Positions 12,151-32,659 of a DNA stretch of 64,000 nucleotides are shown here, piece by piece. The position numbers and the translations under genes were made by a program. Every line of letters begins with the position of its first letter. The first letter of the stretch is position 1. The stretch is from Octopus sinensis (taxonomy: Eukaryota). The notes beneath the pieces were generated by a model. That model was not told where the DNA came from, searched no databases, and saw nothing but the letters and a program-made list of their open reading frames with translations. The DNA is taken from NCBI RefSeq assembly GCF_006345805.1, contig NC_043003.1:37138001-37202000 (forward strand). Reading direction: 5' to 3'.

Positions 12151-12924
12151 CTGATCATATGCTTTAAGTTTTGATCGGAGGATCAACATCATGCTCAACA
12201 GCTTTAGTTGACCATCCAAGCTAACATTACAGTATTTCATATTTGTTTAATATTTCGGCGGAAAATGTCTTATGCTAGCGGTGTGAAATTACATGACAAA
12301 TATTCTTCAGATAAGGCTCTTTCTTTTAAGATTGCCGTATTGGCATATTAACTGTCTTGTTTCGTAAACATTCGTATTGTTGATTTTACCACAACAGCTT
12401 TTACAACTGTTTCTTAATGAACCAGCGAAGAAGCTTCAATACAGAGTCCCGAATTGCCAGAAATTGCAGTCAAATCTCTCTCAAATCACATTTTAATATC
12501 TAAACTAATAAAGATACACTTGATAGCGTAGTCCCTAATATACAATAAAATGAAATGTCCTTACTCAATTTCGATCTGGATTGACAATGGATCAAACAAT
12601 TAAAGCATTTTGTATATTGTTTTTCCATTATATTTTTTATACATATACTAATCTTACTATATCTGTAAAGATTTTAGATAAACCTATAAAGTTTTTAAAC
12701 GTCCATACTTTTCTTGTCTTACGCAATTTCAAGCTTTTCTTTTAATTATATGATCTCATAAAGTACAAATTCGTTTGTAGAATGGATTAACAAAAACAAA
12801 CCAACCCATGTAAATAAAAATTCCTAGTTGTATGACTGTTGGCAATTTTTGCTAAAATTAACCAACAAATAAAGATTTCAAGAAAGATATTAGCAACACA
12901 GTCTGTGTGGGTGTATAATCTTTT

Positions 12925-13110
12925 CTACCATGGGCACAAAGCCTGAAACTTTGGGGGAGGGATAGTCGATTGCATCAACCCAAATGCTCAACTGGTACTT
13001 ATTTCATCGACCCCGAAAGGGTGAAAAGTCGACTTCGGCGGGATTTGAATTCAGAGCGTAAGGACAGACCAGATGCTGCTCAGCATATCGCCCGGCGCGC
13101 TAACCGTCTT
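12925..13110 (-). mobile_element. tRNA-derived SINE, family A copy
   Basis: Reverse complement of ...ttagcacgccgggcgaaatg...gttcaaattccgccgaggtcgactttgcctttcatcctttcggggtcgataaa... Confidence 0.8.
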
Positions 13111-16100
13111 TGTGTACGTATGCAATACCAATAATGTTGCACAAGTTGCAATTCCCCCAACTATACATGTGCATGCACGCGCGCTCTTGTATGTGTGTGT
13201 GTGCGCGCGTGCGAGTGTGTTGAATTGTTCAGTGATTGTGGGTTTTATATTCAATAAGCTAGAGTAATCCCTTTTGTGTAAGTGAAAGCACCAGTTACAC
13301 TTCGTTATTAAACTCTAACAGATGTCTTACTTCCTAGCTAAAATCAGTCAGCGAGTGAGCCACTGCGCGGCAGCTTGACTTGCTACAAAGAGTAAGCAAC
13401 TCTCACTAAAATCACACCATATGTCTCATAAAATCACACCATATGTCTAATAAAATTAAGGAACATTTTTATATAATGTATTGTATAGTAGAAAATTCGT
13501 GTCGTTGGTGGATTGACTTTGAACATAGATCTGATCTGTTAGGGTTTCTTCAGGTTATAAGAATAACGACAATTTTAATCTGGCTTTTTTTTATCCTTCT
13601 TGGGACCTTCAAATGTGATGGAAGGAATAAAGAAATTTAACTTCAAATCGGGGGACTGAACGCTTTGAAACAGGTTGGGGTTCACTAAAGGTACACATGG
13701 CGCCGAGTGATGATGTTAAATTGGATTTTGAATTAAGTCTATGACACAAGTGGGTCATGGATGGATTTGAACTCATGGTGCAAAAGATCTGGAACAAATG
13801 CTGCAAGGTAGCCAGTCTGATTTTTTTGCCATTCCACCAACCCACTGCCTTGGATTTGCACTTTTGGATCTTTACCTTTTGACCGTCAGATTTACAAAAT
13901 AATTTTTTTAACTAAACACTTTCAAACTTCGAATACTGGTAGCATAAAATATCTTTTAGTCTTAGCGTTTTTGAGAAAAGTTTATGTTTACGAAGTTATT
14001 TCGTGGTAAAGTTCTCGTATTTCGGTAATTTCAACAAATTAATGACGTGTATTCAGCTGAATAAAATTACATGTTCGACAGGTCAAAGGATAAAGGCCAG
14101 ACTAATATGGAGAACCTCTTCCTTGAGATGAAAATTGATTTGCGTAGTACCAACACCCCTAACTAGGAAAAACCAAAGTTACAGAAGTATCGATGATAAC
14201 CTCAAACCAGCAAGACTTGGGAAATGAGGGCCTTCTCTCAGAGAAGCATATGATGACACGTCAGACCCTAACCTCGAACCCATGAGGAAGGTGGGAAAAC
14301 GGATGCCCTAAAAGTAACTGAAAATGTGATGCTGAAACGGAGATGTAAAAGAAAAACTGGAGAAAAGCAGAAAAGATAGTCCAGAGTCGAAAATAGTGGA
14401 CACTTTCAATAACTCCATGTATGAAATTTCAGGAAGTGAGTCGGATAAAAGAATAAGGTATTGAACTACTTACTCCCGTGCCATGAGTTTTAATCTCAAC
14501 AGTGGTGTCCTTGTGTGCCTGAAAACATATTTTCTATATTGCTCCATTTTTACTCAATTGTCTAAAATAGGCACGAGATAATCAGAGAATGTTCAGTTTT
14601 TGAACTGCGTCTTGCAATCGTCTTATTCTACCTCTGGTTCTTACATTAAGTTACATGTTCTGGTCGGTGTAGACATAAACTCGGTCCACGGTCATCTTAC
14701 TTCAATCAAGTGTGGTGATATTTTTTGAAGTGATGTTCAGTTTTAACCTGAAGGGTAAAACACAGAGATTCACTTGACAGTATGGCGGGTTATAATTTCC
14801 AGAACGACGCAGTTCCGATGAGAAAATATCAATATACGCTAACTGCGCGTAATAGATAACGCATTAAACTGATGATAGCGTATTAAACTCATTAGAATAT
14901 TTAATATGTTATCTAAAACATAGAAGAGAGAAATGGTTGTTAGGTATGGCTTTTGGACAACGTTCACATGATTAGAAGATTGAAGACCGTTGTGGTATTG
15001 ATCGCAGGAATATAGACGGGTAATACATCTCAACAATGTGATAGTGTTTGCAGCATATTGGCAAGTACAGGCTTGGTTATATAGATAATGTTCTAATGTG
15101 CTTGAATTTGTATGCGTTTGTGTGTATATTTATTATGTGGTTGTGTGTGTATACAACTGATTTCTTTCCGAAATATATAAGGAGTACTTTAATGCAACGA
15201 GTACATGCCTTGTAGAAAGTCGGTTACTGTCCGTGGCTTTACTATATTAGGAGAAAGTAGAGTTAAAAACGTGATTGTTGGTGCGGATCCGCTCCACTAA
15301 AATTCAAACATTGAAACTTCTATCCTTGATATAATCATAAAATTTGTTAGTTCTATATTTGAAAAGTTGGGGAAATTAATAATCTCCAACAGGCTTCTTG
15401 TTTTGTTTTGAATTTATTTTCTTTGTTTCTTTAATTTTATTTTGCTGTGTGGATAGGAGAGCATGCGGTATAAAAATTTATATATTTTTATATTTTTGGT
15501 TTTTAATGTTTAACCCTTGGAACATTAGATTAAATAATGTCGCCCAGAAAGCTATAAAATGCATTCATTTGGATAGATGAAAGAAAAAGAAATACCCATT
15601 TGATTTACTGGAATTATCGACCTTAACGTATCTAACTTTGAGAAATATTCATTTAATGTCATAAATTGCTTATATTTTAATGCTGAAAAAAAATATTTTT
15701 AACACGAATTTATGTAACAGAACTTCATCGTTTAATATAAATGCATAAATCAGTCATCACCTATATTAGGCGCTACTTTTATCCAGTTTATCTCTACAGT
15801 ATTTTAGATATATCTATATTAACGGTTTGTTTTGTTTCTCTTCTGTTTTTTTATTCATTTTCATACCTGATTTCTATATTGCTAAAATAATATTGATTCT
15901 ATTTTAACAACGACGTCCATTATCCTGTATAAACTGTCGTCTGAAGATACAAAAATAATAAAAGTTCTTTAACAACGATAAAAAAGCAAAATATTGCACA
16001 CATTTTCATTGCATGAAGTTTTAAGTGTACAATAAATACATATAAGTGGATGGATATAACTATACAGATGTACACTGGGAAGGTTCTCCGAACGTTATGG

Positions 16101-17469
16101 ACACTAAATCTCTTCCTTTGGATAAAGAATATAGAAAATATACTCACACTATCGATTTCATTTGACTCTACACACACAGCGCTGTTTTGCGGGGTGGTTT
16201 ATAATTGACTGAATTTACTCCAGGATATTTCATGGTACTTATTTTATCAAACTCCAGAGCCTGAAGTTCAAAATTACTCCTGGTGGAATTAACTCAAGGG
16301 GAATGAGCTGAATTAAATTTGGGCTTCTACCTCAGCACAAGTATAATCATAGCTACGGTTTTGTTTTTGTTTTGTTATTCGTTTTGTTTTTGTTTTTTTG
16401 TTTGGCTTTTTTTTTTTCTTGTTTTCATAATTGGCCTCGATTTTTGTAAGAGAGTAAATAGATTTTCTAAGAATAACAAACGCATAATTGATGAGAAATA
16501 TCTCTTTGCAGGAATTCAAGCTTCGTCCAGTTCTCGATCCACTCATACATTGAAAATGGGTCTGAAACTATTAACAGATTATAAATCTACCAAAGGAAGT
16601 ATTGCTTACATGTAGTATTATAGACAGTAATACTTATATAATTTCACTTATGGCGATGAAAAATCATTATATTATTGATTAATCTGGTCAAGAAAGGCAA
16701 GAGAGATTACCGTCGAATTTAGAATAATTAAAAATAGAATGTCGTAGGGAGTGAGTATGATCTTATGTAACGATTAATATTTGTTTAAAAGAAAAAGGCA
16801 AACTGTTGTCGTACTTTTGCATAGGAACTATAACTATGAAGTGACGGGTTTCTTGGATTGTTTATCGGCGATAGCTTTAAGAGAAACTTAATAGAAAATT
16901 CCCAAGTGCTTACCTGAATCATAATTATAATCACTAATCTAAATACTTTCAATACCTTGGGCATTACTTTAGATCCCCAAGACAGGCAAATATGACCGCC
17001 ACAGAAAGGCAACCAACGAGAAGACAGTTTACATTCATAGTAATTCCAATCACCTACAGCTATTATTAGAGACAGAGTATCCACAGTTATTAGATGTATC
17101 TCAAATTTATCCACAGATAGGGATTTCTCTAAGAGAATTACATTTCATTACGAACAGGCGTTATCAAGAAGTTTTAGTAAGAAGTTACTATACATTAAAG
17201 ATCTTCCATACTAGTCCGACTTCCGAAGACAATTAGCAAAAGAAAACAAGTTAATACAGTATTCCATGCAACATAAAAGCAAGTAGCAAACAAATTTCTA
17301 TCCCTTATTAGACACCATTCTATTTTCAGTCATATATATATCGCAACAGTTTAACATACATAACGTTAAAATTGATTTTTCCTAGAAACATGGCGTCCAG
17401 AGCCGTACACTATAATAGAAAAAGGTATAAATCTTTACAACCACTAGTCTAGGAACCGACGTGGAATTG

Positions 17470-17800
17470 ATGGAACAATCAACCTACCCACTCCGGTGAT
17501 TCTGTCTGTCTAGCGCAGAATTTTATAGATCGACTCTCACAGCTGCGATATCATCTTGGTGATTTACATGAGATGCACTCTTTTGAATCCAGAACCAAGG
17601 AGATCACTTCAACCTTCCTATCCGATTTGGTTCAGAGACTTCGAGAGCATAACATAACAGGGGCTATCCTTAGGTATGTCTGCGAAACTGTACATAGAAA
17701 GTACTGTATTCGTTAAGAGGAAGGCTGAAATTTCATACAACTATCATTAACGGACCTCGCTATTAATTTTATATCATTAGTTAATCGCACTGTTCTATAA
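17470..17800 (+). mobile_element. Highly decayed LINE reverse transcriptase fragment
   Basis: LVQRLREHNITGAILRYVCETVHRKYCIR followed by frameshifted IINGP resembles the RT region LxxKLxxxGIxGxxLxWI...NG(L/V)PQG. In-frame stops upstream. Confidence 0.4.
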
Positions 17801-18086
17801 TTTCCACCAAAACTCTCCAGTAATTCTGCTGGAATTCCTACTGAAATTAAGAGAAACTACTCTTATCAATTACATGTGAGATGTTCCCCATTCCGTACTG
17901 CTTATTGTTGACCAGTGTTTCATTACGGACTTGGATGGGCTAATATTAACGAGCTTTATCCAATTTCAAAAGGTGTTCTGTGAGACGGCTAGCGACCTCA
18001 GATTTGTAGGTGTAGTATCGGAAGGATTATTGACGTGAATTTGTGTTGAAATAAATTTTGTTGAGTCTTGGCAAGGTCGTTACACC

Positions 18087-18151
<65 letters not shown>

Positions 18152-18959
18152 TAATAAACACGCACTGGATGTTTATTATTATTGGTGTATTGGCGTAATG
18201 CCCCTCGCAAGGCTCATGTTTGTGTGCGTGTGTATGTATGAGGGTGTGTGTGCGTGTGTGTGTGTGCGTACGTGTGTGCACGAAGCAAACTTTTGTAGAG
18301 ATACGACACACTCATTCTTTACCCACATTCGGTTAAAATTAAGAGACGTAGAACTTCTTAGTAGCTACATCTGCTAAGAAAAGTAGCAGCTAAATCTGCC
18401 TCGAACCACATCTTATCATCCAAAACAGGGAACGACACGGTGGGTAACAACAGCCTTAGAGAAATACGATGTATTGTTCATAACTAGCTCAGTTATCATC
18501 ATAACCCGTTCTATCAGGGATGACCGTTAGATGAGTGAAAAGAATAGCATCATAAAGAACATTATTACGCTGCTTCTTTCATTTTTCTTTTTTTGCGTTT
18601 TTCCTGCTATTGACATTTATCATTTTATTCTAAAACAATGTAGAAAGTTCTAACAATGGAAAGAGAGAATATCTAAACATTAAGCGATATACAAAACAAT
18701 GAAGAGAATTAAAATATATAAAAGACAATTTAGACTATTTAGAAAATGAATATAATCTTTAGCCTATCAAAGAGAGAGAGAGGGGTGGGAGGCAAACACA
18801 AACGTACAAACACTACATATACACACATCTTAGCGCGCACGCACACACACTCATGTATGCACATATATGTGTACAGCTTATAATAAATACTTATATATAT
18901 ATATATAGATATAGATATACACACACAAATATATATATATTACAAATATATTTGTGAAT

Positions 18960-19215
<256 letters not shown>

Positions 19216-19549
19216 GTGTTCTCTGCTACTTTTAATTATTAGACATCTTCCTATAGGAAGGAGCCAGTTTCAAAGATACAACATTCCATCATGAGAATAC
19301 ATTCGCATTTTGAACTTCAGGAAAGCTTTGCATACTTTTACTATTCCGCTAACAGACTGTATTTGTCCTAGTGAGCTAGGACTTTTTTTTTTTATCATGT
19401 TGATGAATTTCCAACTGGCGATGTTCTAACATCGGTTTGATTATTTTGCTTCTAATAATGTACTTATAAAACCTATCTAAAACAGAGTGCTCCATAGAGA
19501 GTGCTTTTACGCCAACAAAGATATTAGCAAATTCAAAACGATTTCTTGC

Positions 19550-20120
19550 TCATTTTCGCACCGAGGCGTGTTATACTGCCGAAATGTTACGCTGAAATGA
19601 TTGTTGTCTCGTCTGTCTGAAGCTGGCCGTTCTGCCGACCTCCCTGAACAGGGAGGAGCGAGCCTGTTTTCTCTTGGTAGTTGCTGTTGTGAAAGAGATA
19701 GTATGGAAGACGAGAGTGAAAGGAATTGCAACGGGCATATTCATCTCCAGTCTCGAGCTATTCGACTTTTTCGTTTTCCACATGAAACGGAAAATAAGGC
19801 TGGAAAAGAAATGCCTATTGCAAAGCGTGTTTCGTAAAAGATGGAAGTCTATAGCAAATATGTTGCGAGGAAAGAACCTGTTTAAACGAGAATATAAAAA
19901 GGAGAAAGCAAAGTCTTCAGTGTGAGTATGTGGTTTGTGGGGTCGACCGCGTCCTCCGCTTCATTTTTTATAAATCACTCATTCTCATTTAATTGTATAT
20001 ATTTTAATTGTTTGTTTATTCATACGTTTCGTCTCATTCGATACCCTGACCCCAATGTTTGTTTTGTCTGTCCTCGTATCGTCCCCTCTTTTTCTCAACC
20101 TCATGGTTAATAAAGAAATT
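19550..20120 (+). mobile_element. L1/Tx1-like 3' fragment (ORF2 C-terminus + 3' UTR)
   Basis: VVAVVKEIVWKTRVKGIATGIFISSLELFDFFVFHMKRKIRLEKKCL is homologous to the copy 2 C-terminus (VVAIAKDAVWKTRIKRIKTGNFISG). Ends in AATAAAGAAATT. Confidence 0.85.
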
Positions 20121-20524
20121 AACTGATGAAGGAAGCCGCCGTTTGGTTTGCAGAAACGAGACCTCTAGTTACGTGGGGTTTTTTCTGAGTTATTGATTTT
20201 GTTCTTTGCCCTCCAAGTGGAAAATTTCCACAGCTTTGAATTTCTTCACTTTTAGTTATTTATTGATTACTTCGTATTACAATGTAGCACATTACATCGG
20301 GCGAGCGTGCGCTGGATTCAGCGCATACAACCATGCATCCATACACGAATGATTACATACATACATGAACTATAAAAATTAGCAAGACCTTCTTAAGATG
20401 TAAAGATTGATGATCAAAACAACATACTTTCCCTCACAACCATACTACCGAGTAGATAGTTGGTCAAAATTTGCTCTAAAATTAGAAAGAGAAAGAGTAC
20501 ATACATATATACATACATACATGG

Positions 20525-20897
20525 AAGCACTCCGTCGGTTACGACAACGAGGGTTCCGGTTGATCCGAATCAACGGAACAGCCTGCTCGTGAAATTAACG
20601 TGTAAGTGGCTGAGCACTCCACAGACACGTGTACCCTTAACGTAGTTCTCGGGGATATTCAGCATGACACAGAGAGTGACAAGGCCGGCCCTTTGAAATA
20701 CAGGTACAACAGAAACAGGAAGTAAGAGTGAGAGAAAGTTGTGGTGAAAGAGTACAGCAGGGATCACCACCATCCCCTGCCGAAGCATCGTGGAGCTTTA
20801 GGTGATTTCGCTCAATAAACACTCACAACGCCCGGTCTGGGAATCGAAACCGCGATCCTATGACCGCGAGTCCGCTGCCCTAACCACTGGGCCATTG
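20525..20897 (-). mobile_element. tRNA-derived SINE, family C copy
   Basis: Head gcgcaatggcccagtggttagggcagcggactcgcggtcataggatcgcggtttcgattccc carries A- and B-box-like motifs. Body related to 59650-59900. Confidence 0.8.
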
Positions 20898-21529
20898 CGC
20901 CTCCATATTAATTTTGTGTGTGTATGTGTGTATACTTTGTTCGTTAATCGTGAAGCAGTTTTTGTTCTTTTTTTTTCATTTTTCCGAAACATCGAAGAAG
21001 TGCATGGGGCAAAAAAACGTTGATCATACATACATACAACATACATACATACATACATACATACATACATACATACATACATACATACATACATACATAC
21101 ATACATACATGCATACGTGTAATTATATAAGCTGATCTAAATCAAAACCAGTAAGTAAAATGAAATTTTCTTTCTCCTGCAAAAATCTTTTGGCTACCAT
21201 CTGCATTGCAGTTTCTGTAAAACTTTTTACGCGTTATCTTTTTTATATGAAAACTTTTTTATACAAAATCTTTTTTATACGAAAACCTATTTTCTGCACG
21301 AAAACTTGTCAGTAATATGTGTGTGTAAACCTCACTTTGTGAAACCATACTAATGTTTTTACAATAAAACTGTTATACGGAAATATCTTTATTTTGGTAT
21401 ATTTATATAGCTATATAATAGAAATATTTACCTTTTACGTTAAAAATACAGCTTGTTTTATTCAAATATGTATAAATCTGGTGCATTCTGAACCCATTAT
21501 TATTATTTCCATATGTGTGTGTGTTTGTT

Positions 21530-21602
<73 letters not shown>

Positions 21603-21821
21603 TTTCTCTAGTCTCCTATTTTCCACCCGTTTCGCTGTCTATCTGTTGTACTGTTGTGTGGTAGGTTAGCATATAAATGCATATTGGGCATTCCATTATG
21701 AAAGACATGGTATGACTATTTTAGAAAGAAAGGGAAAATTTACAGTTTACAAGGAATAAAATTCCTTTTCTAAAGTTTATAAAGAATAAAATATAATAAA
21801 ATATAATAAAATATAATAATA

Positions 21822-22059
21822 GGCGCAGGAGTGGCTGTGTGGTAAGAGGCTTGTTTACCAACCACATGGTTCCGGGTTCAGTCCCACTGCGTGGCACCTT
21901 GGGCAAGTGTCTTTTACTATAGCCTCGGGCCGACCAAATCCTTGTGAGTGGATTTGGTAGACGGAAACTGAAAGAAGCCCGTCATATATATGTATATATA
22001 TATATATGCTCCAGCATGGCCGCAGTCAAATGACTGAAACAAATAAAAGAGTAAAAGAG

Positions 22060-22098
<39 letters not shown>

Positions 22099-22290
22099 GT
22101 GTCTGTGTTTGTCCCCCTAGCATTGCTTGACAACCGATGCTGGTGTGCTTAGGTCCCCGTTACTTAGCGGTTCGGCAAAACAGACCGATAGAATAAGTCT
22201 CGGGGTCGAGTTGCTCGATTAAAGGCGGTGCTCCTGCATGGCCGCAGTCAAATGACTGAAACAAGTAAAAGAGTAAAAGAGAGTAAAGAG
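21822..22290 (+). mobile_element. SINE family B, full-length copy
   Basis: tRNA-like head, ccttgggcaagtgtc CORE-like segment, internal (AT)n/(GT)n, (gagtaaaa)n tail. Confidence 0.9.
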
Positions 22291-23344
22291 AGTAATAAAG
22301 GAGTAAATAGAAGAATAAAGAGTTAAGGTAGTTAGAAGAATATAGGCAAGAGAATAATGTTCACAATCCATCTTTTTCCAATGGATATGGATGTTTGATC
22401 GGTACTTCCATGAAGTTTACAAGTCCTTAGCTACAAGTCCAGTCAAATCCAGGCAGTATTTTGGCAGTATTTTGAATGGTTTATTCATATTGTAAATGTG
22501 TATATAGAGCGAGAAAGTAAGGTAGACATAAATTAGTTTTGTGAGTGGGTATACATGGTAGAGAGAAGAGAAAGAGAGTGAGAAGAGAGGGAGGAGGGAA
22601 AGGAATAAAAATAAGATAGGGATAAAAGGGTAAATACATAAGAAAAAAATTAAAATAAAATAAAAGTAAAGGTAATGATAGAGATATCATAAGTTTTCTG
22701 AGCGGGTGTATATGGAAGAGGGATGAGAAATGGAATAAAAATAATACAGGGATATATGAGTAAAAATAAGAATAAAAATATAATAAAAGTAAACGTAATG
22801 ATAGAGATATGTCAGTATTGTATCGGGGTGAGGGGTCAAACATCAAAGTTTCAGTAATGAGGGAGTTACAAAGAACGATATTATAGTGGTTAGTACCGAT
22901 ATTTAGAATTATATTTCAAGCTTAATAGCATTTAAATGATACGAGATAAAGTATTAAGAATAAGATTTAAAACTTAAAATTAAAAATTAAAAGATTAAAA
23001 TTAAAACCTTAGCTTAAAATTACAAACTAAGAAAAATAAAACCTAAAAACTACAAAAACTAAAAACTTTGAAATGAAACTAGCTTCTAAGATACTTATGT
23101 CGATTGAGAAGTAAAAGAAAAGAAAGCCTAGCTATCGTCTAAGATGATTGTGTTGATGGAGAGGTAGAAAAAATAGAAGAAATCGTACACTCTCGCACAC
23201 ACAAACACACATATACATACATATACATACACATATATACATACATATATACATGCACATAGATATATACATACACATATATGTATGCACACACATGAGC
23301 GCACATACACACACCCACATATTCACACACATACATACATATAT

Positions 23345-23900
23345 ATTTATATTGTAACGACGGTGGATGGATGTGTTATGCGTGTTGATTTTGTTTGCAT
23401 TTGGACAAATGGAAGAATTTAAAGGTGTGATAGAACCTATGACAACATGTAGAAAAATCCTCGTGTTGTTTATTTAGTAATTGCGGGGAATTATGCATTA
23501 ATATTTCGGGGGCTTATTTTAGGCATAGTCCACAAGTAGATCGCTGGCCTTTGTATGGGACTCCGGAATTTATAATGGCTCATGATATCCTTTATGGTAC
23601 CGTTCTGTTTATTAGAAGGTGTGTATAGTTGGCTAGGTAGGCAGATTTGCAATACTCCGCATACTTAAATGAGTTTATATGTGCAGAATATATGATAAAC
23701 CCGATATAATAGTAGAATTACGCAATATGCTGTGGACCGTGCATTTGTATATCACGTTAAACCTTCTGCAGTGGGCTTGCAACGAGCATTCGGTCGCGGA
23801 TCGGCAATTGCAGTTATCTGTCCTACGAGTATTATTAGTGGAAAGAGAAGATGTAGTACTATTTATGGTGAAATTAAAATTAAGGATGTTATTAGGGGAT
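23345..23900 (-). mobile_element. Penelope-like element GIY-YIG endonuclease fragment, decayed
   Basis: CNCRSATECSLQAHCRRFNVIYKCTVHSILRNSTIISGL matches the PLE CNCR...CPL.G.C...NVIY...V...Y.GLT signature. Confidence 0.7.
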
Positions 23901-24903
23901 TGGATCGTATTATTATTATTATTGTTGTTGTTGTTGTTGTTATTATTATTATTGCTGTTACTGTTATTAGTAATAGTAATGTTTTTATTATTAATTATAT
24001 TAGTATTAGTAGTAGTAGTAGCAGTGGTGGTAGTGGTCGTATTAGAGGTGCCACGCAGTGGGACTGAACCCCTGGCTATGTGCTTGGAAAGCAAATATCT
24101 TCCCACACAGCCACGCGTGTGTGAGTGTAACGTTAACTACATCGTCCAGACAACCATTGAAGAGCATTGATCTAAAGCGGTTACAGAGGAAAATTGTCGG
24201 CCAAGATTCTGTACGATACCATCAACCATCGAACCCGGAAGCGTCTGGTTTCGATGCGAACATTCTAATCACACGACCATGCCAGAGATTTAAAAACCTA
24301 AGTTGACTCAAATCATGAAGAATACGAACAACGTTCTTCCAACCCTGACGATTTCACTTTTAGGGACATAATTCATTAATGACTATGACGTTCAAACTGG
24401 CTCTCTTTTTCAAAATGTAGTCTAGACTTGGAAAGAGATTTTGCCATTATGTTGTTGCAGCTGTTCCTGATGCTACTATTGGTGCTGGTACTACTGTTGC
24501 TGCTCTCGGCTAAACTCTGGTTGAGAAGACCTATGGACAATCAGATCAAATTCGATAGCTATAATTATTACTAAGACACGTACTAAACCTGAAATTTAGT
24601 AGAAGTGGTTAGACGATGAAATTGTCCCAGTATTTGACAGAGTAAAGTTAACCTGGTAGGATTTGAACTGAGAACGTAAAATGCGGCAAATAACTCTTGC
24701 ATGATTGAACAGGGAATGGTAGTAGAATGAGGGAGCGAGTGAATGCAAGAGGATAGCTAGACGCTGTAAAAATTAAACCTGCCAATAATGCAGCAAATTG
24801 CCCATATATTCGACAATAGACTTATAAGTTATCATACAAATATCGAAAAACTTTATATGTAAGCGTATGTATCTGCCTATCGATAGCTAGATAGATAGAT
24901 AGG

Positions 24904-24959
<56 letters not shown>

Positions 24960-24976
24960 CAGATAGACAGATAGAC

Positions 24977-25032
<56 letters not shown>

Positions 25033-25610
25033 GGATGGATGGATGGATGGCTAGATAGATGGATGGGTAGATAGATAGATAGATAAATAATCAGGTTTTT
25101 CAGCGGACACATGGTATGATTTCGTGTACACTGGACGGTGAAATTATCTCGATAATATTGAATATAATGCTAACGCATGGTCATAAATTCGTGGGAATTT
25201 GTGTTGAATGGACATTGTTGATCCTAGGTAATTTATAGGTACTTTATATCATGTTGACCTCCAAAGAGAAGAGAAACGAATTACAGTGATAAGATTTGAA
25301 CTCAGAACATAAAGTAATTGAATATCGCAACGAATTCTGGCTCTGGTGCGCCACCGATTTTACTAAAACACAACGGTGGCTATATTCTTGGAAGTTTAGC
25401 GAAAACAGTAGATCTTTGTGTAAAATAGCTTACCGTATTCATTTAGTCATTTTATGTTCAGAATTGAAAACTCGCCTAGCCTGAGGTACATAAAATGGAT
25501 TATATCCTTGGAGACAGTACTCCACAATGTACACACAACAAAGATCGAAACCAATGTGAGAACTAAAGAAAAATATTCACTCTTTTTCTATGCATGTATG
25601 TATGTATGTG

Positions 25611-25647
<37 letters not shown>

Positions 25648-25999
25648 ATCTATCTCTCTATTATATTCACGACGGAATATACAAAGCATCACACAAAAAA
25701 AGAATTCTCCCGCTGTATTTGATCGCGGCACCGACAGATTTAAACTTTAAAAGCTCTCCTGTCTCCGATCCTCGCTAACACTCTACGTTGATGGGATATT
25801 ATAAAAACAAGTGTCACTATAAAAATAAATAGGCGGAAAATATTTTTAATGGGTTGGACAGACTCTCAAAAGCTTATGACTCAGCGGCATTCGTACGGCT
25901 TTGTGCAAGCGTGAATCTTGCTGACATTAATGAGGAAGTTATAGATTCTTGCTTTAATTTATAATTTTCGAGAGGAAACTGAGCTATTTCGCGCTAGTG

Positions 26000-31300
<5,301 letters not shown>

Positions 31301-32120
31301 ATCTATTCTATGATCAAAGATCATTACAGCCATGACCACTACGCCGGTTGTTCTTCTATATCTAGAATAGTGGACCATTGACATTATTCAATTCTTTGTT
31401 TTCAAGGAGATTTTGGTTGTTATTTCTAGTAAATCGATTGACCTCAAAAAGGCTCCCTTTTCAATGAAATGGTGAGAATGTAAAAGCCGAAAGCACACCT
31501 TAGCAAGTTTTTTGAGAATCGGGCCGCAGTTTGCTCTGACTGACCTAAAGGAATGTTTGCATAAGAGAAAGAGAAAGAAAGAGGGAGACGGTTAAAAAAG
31601 AGTTGATGAGTGAAGATGGGAACCGCGTGTGGAGTGGGGAGGAGAAAGCGAGAGAGATTAGAGAATGAATGACTGAGTGTTGGTATAAATGAATGTCTGG
31701 GTGTTTGGAAAACTGTGAAGGTGAGTGTGAGAATGAGTGAGAGTGTGGATGAGTAAAAATATAAGAATGCTGTGTGAAAATGTGTTAGTTGCTGTTATTG
31801 AATGGACGCGCATATGCATATGAGTGTGTGTATATTTCTGTATATGTATATGTGTATGCGTGCATATATTTGTATGTGTGTGTATATATTTGCATGTGTG
31901 TGTGTGCGCGCGCTTGCATACGTGCGTGAGGGTGTTGGTATATACTTGTATATGTATGTTTATATACATATGTGTAAAGGCGCATGGCTCAGAGGTTAGA
32001 GCGTCGGGCTCACAATCATGAGGTGGCGAGTTCAAATTTCGGACCAGGTAGCCAGAGACGAAATTCTACAGCTGCTGACCCTTAAGCTGGGGTTAGCAAC
32101 TGTATTTTCTTTGATTTACA

Positions 32121-32387
32121 TAAGAGAGGGGGCTTAAAAGTTCCTGGCTTTGGGTAAAAGAAAATACAGGAGGATCAATTGATTATGGTTATATTCAACA
32201 TATATATTCTTCTCAGATTCACACACTTATTACAACGGTCCTTCAGTTTTTTTCTGAATACCGTAAAAGAACTCAAAAAGTTGAGCCTCTATTTTTCTAA
32301 GTCCTGTAAAAGCACTCAGGAGGTTGGGCCTCCAACCAGGCCCTTCGCAACACCCTTCAAGCCAGGAACTTTTCAGCACATCTTATA
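32121..32387. mobile_element. Tc1/mariner-type MITE
   Basis: Imperfect ~28-bp TIRs (..ggcttaaaagttcctggctt / aagccaggaacttttcagcac..) with TA at both ends and no ORF. Confidence 0.75.
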
Positions 32388-32392
32388 CGGAT

Positions 32393-32595
32393 AAGGCGGC
32401 GAGCTGGCAGAGTCGTTAGCACGCCGGTCAAAATGAATAGCGGCATTCGTCTGTCTTCTCGTTCTGAGTTCAAATTCTGCCAGTTTGGCTTTACCTTTAC
32501 CTTTCATCCTTTCGATAAAATAAGTACCACTGGGCCGATGTGACCGACTAACCCGCCACACCGAACTTGCTGGCTTTGTGCCGAAATTTGAAACC
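32393..32595 (+). mobile_element. SINE family A copy
   Basis: ggcggcgagctggcagagtcgttagcacgccgg...gagttcaaattctgcc head. Confidence 0.85.
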
Positions 32596-32659
32596 AATTT
32601 ACAGATAGATAAATGCAAATTAAGCAGCTGATGTTGGATTAATTTTAATAATTAAACAT

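Noticed and set aside
13407-13448. 20-bp tandem duplication taaaatcacaccatatgtct
   Set aside because: An ordinary local slippage duplication inside a decayed SINE segment.
20118-20175. CTGATGA...GAAAC after the Tx1 3' end, a possible hammerhead
   Set aside because: Stem I cannot be formed with any cleavage triplet and stem II closes poorly.
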